From Chloroflexia bacterium (GTDB lineage Bacteria; Chloroflexota; Chloroflexia; QHBQ01; JADMIH01): 64,000 nucleotides of DNA. Each line of letters begins with the position of its first letter. Position 1 is the first letter of the stretch. The notes below the pieces were generated by a model. It had not been told where the DNA came from. It worked only from the letters and a program-made list of their open reading frames with translations, and did not search any database. The stretch lies in contig JBBRDO010000013.1 in the NCBI GenBank assembly GCA_038203825.1, forward strand, positions 265 to 64,264. Direction: 5' to 3'. Shown piece after piece: positions 54,001 through 61,400 of this stretch. Position numbers and translations under genes: made by a program.

Positions 54001-54795
54001 ATGGAGCATAACATCTCTATGGAACAGCCCCTACCAGGTGCCATCGTCCAGGCGATAGACGTGCATAAGCGCTTCGGCCAGACAGAAGTGCTCAAGGGCA
54101 TCGACCTGCTGGTGCAGCCTAAAGAAACCGTGGTGATAATCGGGCCCAGCGGCTCGGGCAAGACCACCTTCCTGCGCTGCATCAACCATCTCGAAAAGAT
54201 AGATCGCGGCGCCATCTACGTGGGAGGGCAGCTAATAGGCTACAGGAAGCAGGGCGAGCAGATGGTGGAGGACAGCGAGCGCAACATCGCGGCCCAGCGC
54301 GCCAGGATTGGCATGGTCTTCCAGCGCTTCAATCTCTTTCCCCATATGACGGCACTTGAGAACGTGATTGAAGCGCCTGTGCATGTTAAGAAGGAGTCGA
54401 AAGAGCAGTCGACCAAGAAAGCGCTGGATCTCCTCGCGAAGGTCGGTCTGAGTGATAAGGCCAACAACTACCCGATCCAGCTATCGGGCGGCCAACAGCA
54501 GCGGGTGGCAATTGCTCGCGCCCTCGCGATGGACCCCATGCTCATGCTATTTGACGAGGCCACCTCAGCGCTGGACCCCGAACTGGTGGGCGAGGTGCTC
54601 AAAGTGATGGAGCAACTGGCGGTGGAGGGGATGAGCATGGTTGTGGTAACGCACGAGATGGGCTTTGCCCGCGAGGTGGCAGACCGTGTGATCTTCATGG
54701 ACAACGGACAGGTTGTAGAGTCGGGCCACCCGACCCAGGTATTTGACACGCCGCAGCACGAGCGCACAAAGTCATTCCTCAGCAAGATATTGTAG
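54001..54795 (+). CDS. Polar amino-acid ABC ATP-binding protein
   Basis: Walker [10 protein letters not shown], signature [15 protein letters not shown], Walker [13 protein letters not shown]. Confidence 0.9.
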   Translation: MEHNISMEQPLPGAIVQAIDVHKRFGQTEVLKGIDLLVQPKETVVIIGPSGSGKTTFLRCINHLEKIDRGAIYVGGQLIGYRKQGEQMVEDSERNIAAQRARIGMVFQRFNLFPHMTALENVIEAPVHVKKESKEQSTKKALDLLAKVGLSDKANNYPIQLSGGQQQRVAIARALAMDPMLMLFDEATSALDPELVGEVLKVMEQLAVEGMSMVVVTHEMGFAREVADRVIFMDNGQVVESGHPTQVFDTPQHERTKSFLSKIL

Positions 54796-54823
54796 GCGGG
54801 CTATATGCGTCCGGACGCCCATC

Positions 54824-54871
54824 TTGACAACATGGGTCTACCCGTATATAATTCTGTCTAGACAGTCTAGA
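54824..54871 (+). promoter_or_regulatory. Consensus promoter and palindromic operator of vapBC
   Basis: TTGACA (54824-54829), 17-nt spacer, TATAAT (54847-54852). The 10-bp palindrome TGTCTAGACA (54855-54864) follows, then an adjacent GTCTAGA half-repeat. Confidence 0.6.
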
Positions 54872-54901
54872 TAGAGGCTCGGATAGCGGAGGTATATATC
54901 T

Positions 54902-55159
54902 ATGGCGCACAACTGGCAGCTTCAGGACGCTAAAAACAGATTCAGCAAAGTCGTTGAGGACGCTCTGAAAGAGGGACCGCAAGTGATTACCAGGCACGGC
55001 GTTGAGACCGTTGTTGTGCTATCGCTTGCGGATTACAGGAAGATCCTGCTTCGTCGTAAAGGGCTGGTTGAGTTCTTCCAGGAGTCACCTCTGGCTGGCG
55101 TCGAACTCGACCTGACACGCGATGCAGGTCCGGCACGCAATACAGACATTGCTCTATGA
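54902..55159 (+). CDS. Phd/YefM-type antitoxin (VapB)
   Basis: WQLQDAKNRFSKVVEDALKEGPQVITRHGVETVVVLSLADYRKIL. GGAGG lies upstream, and the gene overlaps the toxin start. Confidence 0.85.
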   Translation: MAHNWQLQDAKNRFSKVVEDALKEGPQVITRHGVETVVVLSLADYRKILLRRKGLVEFFQESPLAGVELDLTRDAGPARNTDIAL

Positions 55160-55590
55160 AGTACCTTCTCGACACCAACGTGATATCGGAGCTTGTTGCC
55201 AGGCAACCAAACCGGCAGGTCGTCCAATGGATACATCATATTGACAGTCTGGAGCCGGAAAACCTCTATCTCAGCGTTATCACTATCGGTGAGTTGCGCA
55301 AGGGCATTGAGAAACTGCCGGACTCGCCACGCAAAGATACACTACTGGCCTGGCTCATGGGCGATCTGCTAATTCGCTTTGACGGCAGGGTGCTGTCTAT
55401 CGACGTAGAAGTGATGTTGGCCTGGGGCGAATTAGCTGGACGGTTGGAACGCAAAGGGCGACAGCTCCCGGCAATTGACTCGCTGATTGCTGCACTCGCA
55501 ATACGCCGGGAATGTACTCTTGTTACTCGCAATGAAAGCGACTTCATAGGCGCAGGGGTGACGATAATAAACCCCTGGCAGGCATCGTAA
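55156..55590 (+). CDS. vapC: PIN-domain toxin VapC
   Basis: MKYLLDTNVISELV...LSVITIGEL...AIDSLIAALAIRRECTLVTRNESDF shows the PIN acidic residues. ATGA overlap with the antitoxin gene. Confidence 0.9.
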   Translation: MKYLLDTNVISELVARQPNRQVVQWIHHIDSLEPENLYLSVITIGELRKGIEKLPDSPRKDTLLAWLMGDLLIRFDGRVLSIDVEVMLAWGELAGRLERKGRQLPAIDSLIAALAIRRECTLVTRNESDFIGAGVTIINPWQAS

Positions 55591-55705
55591 GCCATACTTT
55601 ATAAGTCGCATTATGGCCCTATCCTACAAGTAGGGCCTTTTTTGTCGCGACAAAAAGACGCCTGTCATCGTCGGGTGTCCGGCGTATGATGCACCGCCTT
55701 ACCCC

Positions 55706-55734
55706 TTGACATTATTCCACCATCTTGTTACAAT
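55706..55734 (+). promoter_or_regulatory. Near-consensus sigma-70 promoter of the PadR-MFS operon
   Basis: TTGACA (55706-55711), 17-nt spacer, TACAAT (55729-55734). Confidence 0.5.
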
Positions 55735-55770
55735 CTGATTAGTCAGAACTGAATAGTTAGGAAGTGACCT

Positions 55771-56298
55771 ATGGATACAACAACATTGCTGCTGCTGGGG
55801 TTGTTGCACCGGGCCAGGATGCACGGCTACCAGCTTATGGAGTTCATAGAACGCAACCTGTCCACCTGCACAGACCTCAAGAAGCCTACCGCATACCTGG
55901 GGCTTGAACGACTGTCCAAGAACGGGTGGGTCGTTGAGCAGGAGGAACGCGAAGGCAAGCGGCCCCCGCGCAAGGTGTACACTATTACACCCGAGGGCGA
56001 GGCCGAGTTCCAACGGCTGCTGATTATCAACCTCGGCAGTTACGCCATCTCCAAGTTTCCGCAGGACATGGGCCTGGCTTTCGCCGATGCTCTACCCTCA
56101 GACGAGGTGGTGCAACTGCTGGAGCAGCGCAGGAGAGTAATTAAAGCTGAACTGGATGCGGCACGCAAGGCACCCGTACATGCAGGCACGCTCCAACTCC
56201 TTGTCGAGCACAGCGTAGTACACCTGGCAAGCGAGCTTGAATGGCTGGACAAAGTGATCGGCACCTTCGCCGAGCGAACCCCTGACGGCAAAGAATAA
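55771..56298 (+). CDS. PadR-family transcriptional regulator
   Basis: LLLLGLLHRARMHGYQLMEFI...GWVVEQEEREGKRPPRKVYTITPEGEAEF is the PadR winged helix. Confidence 0.85.
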   Translation: MDTTTLLLLGLLHRARMHGYQLMEFIERNLSTCTDLKKPTAYLGLERLSKNGWVVEQEEREGKRPPRKVYTITPEGEAEFQRLLIINLGSYAISKFPQDMGLAFADALPSDEVVQLLEQRRRVIKAELDAARKAPVHAGTLQLLVEHSVVHLASELEWLDKVIGTFAERTPDGKE

Positions 56299-56345
56299 GA
56301 AGAAACGCGGCGCTTGATGCTGTCGCGGCAGGCAATCAATTAATC

Positions 56346-57785
56346 GTGAAAGGGAATAACGTGGAAACCAAATCGAAGGTGGCCGGCGAGCGAAACTCAT
56401 CGAACAAAGTGCTGTTGGTGCTCTTTGTGGGCGTACTAATGGGGGCGCTGGACATCGCTATCGCGGGGCCTGCCCTGCCGGCCATGCAGGCCTCTTACGG
56501 GGTGACTGACCGGGTCATACCCTGGGTCTTTACAATCTATGTGCTATTCAACCTGGTGGGCACGCCTCTCATGGCGAAGCTGTCGGACCTGTTCGGGCGA
56601 CGCTCGATCTATGTCACGGCCGTGAGCTTGTTCGCCTTCGGATCGCTCCTGGTCGTGGTAGCGCCCAATTTTGGAGTAGTGCTGGTGGGGCGCGCCATCC
56701 AGGGCTTCGGCGCGGGCGGCATCTTCCCCGTGGCGAGCGCGGTTATAGGCGACACCTTCCCACCTGAGAAGCGGGGCAGCGCACTGGGCCTCATCGGGGC
56801 TGTGTTCGGGCTGGCGTTCGTGATCGGCCCCATTATAGGCGGCGTGCTGCTGGCCTTTAGCTGGCACTGGCTCTTCCTGATCAATCTGCCGATCGCCCTC
56901 GCCCTGATTATCGCGAGCATGCGCCTGCTTCCCTCCACTCACCCCGCCACACGCAAGCCTTTCGACCTGGCGGGCATGGCAGTGCTGGCTGCCCTCCTGG
57001 CGACGGGAACCTACGGCCTGAACCTGATAGATACGGCAGACCTGCTTACCAGCTTAACATCGGGAAACGTGCTCCCTTACCTGCTTGCCGTGCCCGTGCT
57101 ACTGGTGCTCTTCGTCTTTATTGAGCGGCGGGCGCAGGACCCTATCATAAGGATGTCGCTGTTCGCGTCGAAGCAGGTGACGCTGGCGCTGATATTTGCG
57201 GCGGGCGCGGGCCTGGGCGAAGCGGCCATAGTGTTCGTGCCCAAGCTGCTCACGAATGCTTTCAAGGTCTCCGAATCGACAGCCAGCTTCATGCTGCTGC
57301 CGCTGGTGCTCGGCATGGTGGTCGGCTCTCCGCTGGCCGGGCGCACGCTGGACAAAGCAGGGTCGCGCATAGTGCTGCTGGTGGGGAACGTGCTGCTGGT
57401 AGGGGGCATGTTTACCTGGGGCATAGTGGCAGACAATATCGCCTTCTTCTACGCAGGCTCGATCTTGGTGGGCCTTGCACTGGGCATCCTGCTGGGCGCG
57501 CCGTTGCGATATATCATGCTGGGCGAAGCGTCCGCCACCGAGCGCGCTTCGGCACAGGGGGCGCTGACCCTCTTCAGCAGCTCGGGCCAGCTTGTAGGGG
57601 CAGCCCTGATGGGGGCGATAATAGCATCTCGCGGCAGCGGCGTTACAGGCTACGAAGGAGCCTTTATGCTGGTGGGACTGCTGGCAGTGGCTTTCGCCTT
57701 GCTGACCTTCATGCTCAAGAAGCGTTCGGCGGAGCTGGCAACGCAGCGAGCCACCACTCAGATCGGGAGCCAGAGCCTGGCCTGA
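56346..57785 (+). CDS. MFS transporter, 14-TMS DHA2 (EmrB/QacA-like) drug:H+ antiporter type
   Basis: 479 aa with about 14 hydrophobic segments and the MFS motif MAKLSDLFGRR. Confidence 0.85.
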   Translation: MKGNNVETKSKVAGERNSSNKVLLVLFVGVLMGALDIAIAGPALPAMQASYGVTDRVIPWVFTIYVLFNLVGTPLMAKLSDLFGRRSIYVTAVSLFAFGSLLVVVAPNFGVVLVGRAIQGFGAGGIFPVASAVIGDTFPPEKRGSALGLIGAVFGLAFVIGPIIGGVLLAFSWHWLFLINLPIALALIIASMRLLPSTHPATRKPFDLAGMAVLAALLATGTYGLNLIDTADLLTSLTSGNVLPYLLAVPVLLVLFVFIERRAQDPIIRMSLFASKQVTLALIFAAGAGLGEAAIVFVPKLLTNAFKVSESTASFMLLPLVLGMVVGSPLAGRTLDKAGSRIVLLVGNVLLVGGMFTWGIVADNIAFFYAGSILVGLALGILLGAPLRYIMLGEASATERASAQGALTLFSSSGQLVGAALMGAIIASRGSGVTGYEGAFMLVGLLAVAFALLTFMLKKRSAELATQRATTQIGSQSLA

Positions 57786-57986
57786 GGACCAGTACCGGGC
57801 TAGCGATCACTCCTTGGCCGGCGTAATAAGACCCTAGCACAGGTTTATCATTGGGCCCGACCTCGCAGTCAGGCCCTTTTCTGTTTCAGGGGCAAGTCCC
57901 GCGCCTAAAATGGGCCGAGGGCACGAAAAGTGCTGTTACGTATGATGGCAGGTACGTTAGCATGCCAACTACAGGAGGTTTCAACT

Positions 57987-58292
57987 ATGATCAACAATAT
58001 CAAGAGCGAAGTCGAGAAACGCACAGGTCTTCCGGCCAACGTGGTAGACAAGGTGATAAACTCGCTGGGCGAGATCGTCAGTGAGAAGTACCCACAGTAT
58101 GCAGGCATAATCGGCCCTATACTTGGGGTACCCACAACGGGAGCAACAGGAGCAACGGGCGCAAGCGCCACGACAGGCGGCTCCGGCATGCCTGACCTGG
58201 GTAACCTGGGCGGGCTGCTCGGCGGCCTGGGACAGAACCAGACCGACCAGGGAAGTGGCTCGCAGCAAAGCAATACAACAAACAAGGGATAA
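57987..58292 (+). CDS. Small hypothetical protein with a Gly/Thr/Gln-rich tail
   Basis: AGGAGG lies 8 nt upstream of the ATG at 57987. The sequence is MINNIKSEVEKRTGLPANVVDKVINSLGEIVSEKYPQYAGIIGPILG... followed by a low-complexity tail. I recognise no family. Confidence 0.55.
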   Translation: MINNIKSEVEKRTGLPANVVDKVINSLGEIVSEKYPQYAGIIGPILGVPTTGATGATGASATTGGSGMPDLGNLGGLLGGLGQNQTDQGSGSQQSNTTNKG

Positions 58293-58325
58293 TAGCCCTT
58301 ACATCTCAGCCACATCGGAAAGAAT

Positions 58326-58360
58326 AAACTACCCCACACCTAACGGTATGGGGTAGTTTT
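58326..58360. terminator. Bidirectional terminator hairpin between convergent genes
   Basis: aaactacccca (58326-58336), 12-nt loop, tggggtagttt, followed by a T. The 11-bp stem is flanked by A and T runs. Confidence 0.7.
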
Positions 58361-58411
58361 AGTAGACCCGACATTTTGACTACAGGGATATGTAGCATAA
58401 CTCGCAGGAGG

Positions 58412-61400
58412 CTATTTGAAGTCGGCGATGTTGGCGTCCAGCGACACCGTCTCCCCCTCAGGCAACTGTTTGCCAGCCAGTACCAGCGTCTTGCCGGTGC
58501 TGTACTGGTGTAGCTGTATGTCGTATGACACGCCTCCGCGCACAGGCAGATCGAGCGGATTGGACCGGTATGCGTTGGCGAATGCGTTGTCGGTCGTACC
58601 GGCCGGGTATGCGGTCGTGTATAGATCTTCGGGGTCCAGGACTTGCCCCGTGGCATCATGCACCGTGACCAGGAAGTGGCCCAACCCCAGATCTATAGTC
58701 TTGTCCACGCTCTGGCCATACTTCACTGTGATAGGGTCGCCTACGGGCCCGCTTTGCCGCAACTGTGTGCCGGCGTAATCGGCTACCACCACATATTCTC
58801 CTTCCGGCAGCTGCAGATGGAGGGTGTTCGTGTACGACAAGCCCACGTAGTTGGTCAGCGAGTCCTTCGGGTAGACTGTGAACTGCATCTTGCTCAGGGT
58901 CGCGGTTGACGTGATGGCGAGCTTGCCCGGAGATTCCTCCACTTTGAGTGCAACAGGGGTGAGACGCATATTATAGTCGCGGGTGAGGGTCTGTCCCTGA
59001 TCCACCTGTACATTGTTCAGCCACATAGTGACCGAGCCCCCCGCCACGTTACCGGACTCGAATCCCCTGGCAACGGTGCCGTAGGATATCTTGAGATCGT
59101 AGCTTCCAGCAGGCACGCGCAGCTGAGCCGGGTTATTGTAGTCGTAGGCGACCTTATCGGTATGATCGCCAACTCTATAAGCGTCCACTTCCAGCCGTCC
59201 TGTGCCGCTCTCGGCAAGCTGGCCATCCTGTTCGTAGACGCTGAGGCTGATCAGGCCACTTCCCAGGTCTATGTCCTGTGCTGTTGCCTGCCCAGCGCGC
59301 ACCAGCACGCCGTAGGCCCGCTTGGTTACTCCCTGGAACTCGACTTGCAGGTCGTACTTGCCGGGTGGGAGGATAAAGCTCGATACGGGGTCGTAAGCTG
59401 TCTGCACTACAGTGTTTGTGGTGTCACCGCTGCGCGATACGCGCACATAGGGATTGCCTGTAGCGGGCTGGCCGGGGGAGGTGAACACGCTCACGTCCAA
59501 CTGTCCCAGTTGCAGGTTCACGGTCTGTGTGGTGGTTTGGCTGCCCTGGACCCCCACGCCACGGAGCAGAGTGCGGGTGCCGCCGTACGCGACCTGTACA
59601 TCGTAGCGCCCCTCGGGCAGCTTGAACGTAGGCTGATAGTCATAGTAACCGGCGGTGGCTGCGGGCTGTGCCATGTTTCCCTGCGCATACACTACGGTTT
59701 GCAGTGAGTAGAGCTGGGTAGTGAGAGGCTTGCCCGCCCACTGGTCTATCTCGAGGGAGAGCGTGCCTATGCTGGTGGGGTCCAGCACGCGCGCACCGGT
59801 GCGCCTGGTGAGCGTGTCGCCGCTTTGCACTTTGGCTGACAGAGTTACCACATAATCGCCGGGCGCGACCACGTTGCCGCTCGCGTCTTTACTGTCCCAT
59901 ACTACTTCCTGCGCGCCCGCCTGCTGCGCAGCGCCATCCACGAGCAGCCGCACCTGCCTGCCGTTCGAGTCCAGCACTTGCAGGCTGACCGTCGAAGTGT
60001 CGGGAAGAGTATATTGGACAGTTAGCGGCTCACCGGCCGGGGCGCCTGAGTACGGTACGACCTGCAAGCGCGATATCTGTAGGTCCTGGCGCACCCACAC
60101 GTTGCGGTCGCCGCCTCGCGTGGATACCAGCGCGATCTGCTGCCCGCCCGAGGCGGGGTTAGCGGCAGTGGGTTGGAGGTCTGCCGTTCCCGCAATGCCG
60201 CTGCCTTGCAGCACATTTGCCACGCTCCCGCTTAGTCCCAGTTGCATCACTGCGCTCTGCGTGCCCGTCAGGGCGGAAGTGTACAGGATCGTGCTGCTGT
60301 CGAGCCATGCAGGCTCGCTCTCGGTGCCGCCTTCGGTGAGGGCGGTCATTTCGTTGGTGGTAGGGTTATAGAGCTTGATCGTTTCCTGGTACAGCTTGTA
60401 GCCCACGGCAAGCAGACTACCGTTCGGCTGGGCGCTCACTGTGCGCATGGGCTTGTCGGGGTCATCGGTCAGGCTGCGGAAGCCTGTGCTGTCAGAGGCC
60501 ACCTGCCACAGATTGCCGTCGCGCACGAACACCACGTTCTTGCCGTCGGGCATCCAGGTCGGGCTGGCAGCACCTCCGTCGCCGGTGGTGATCGCCGTGG
60601 CGCCCGATCCATCAGAAGCGGCAGTCCATAGCTGCTGTATGCCCCCGCTGTCGGAGACGTAGGCCAGCTTTGTGCCGTCGGGCGACCAGGCGGGATAGCC
60701 TTCGTGCGCTTTGTCCGTGGTCCCAAGCAACGCATGGGCGCTGCCAGCTTGCTCGGTATAGTCGCTAGCCGACATAAGCCAGACGATGGGTGTGCCCGAT
60801 CTGCTGGACACGAAAGCCAGGGTTGTGCCGTCGGGCGACAGGGCGGGTTGCTCGCCGCCCTGGGCGGTCAGTTGGTGGAAAGCAGGCTGGTTGGCGACGG
60901 CTGGCTTGTCTACGGTGAAGCTCCACGCGACAGGCGCGGCAAGAGCATTGCCCGCGTAGTCTGCTACCGCGTCCACCGCAACTTCAACCTTCTGCCCATC
61001 CATAAAGGCAGTAGGGCGCGGGTCGAGCTCGTTGAAGAAGACCTGCAAGGACTGGGTTTCGGGCACATAGCGCAATCCGGAGTTGCCCGGTGACATGCTG
61101 TACGTGTTGGTCCCCAGCCGCATCCGCACACTGGGCAGGTCGAGCCCATTGCTTTCGGGTAAGGGGATCGTGATCAAGGCGGGTGCGCCCGCGCCTCCAG
61201 GAGGGGGATCGGCCCGGCCCACGGTGGGCGCTTGCCTGTCTACGAGCAAGGGGAAGTGGGTGGTTGCGCTCCAGGTGCCGTCTGCCTTTTGCCCGCGCAC
61301 ATGCAAGTACCACTGGCCATCGGTAGCGTCACCGGGCAGGTCTACTTTGGCCGAGGGCGCTGTGCCCTGCGCCGTTTCTGCGGGGGTGGTGTCAACCGTC

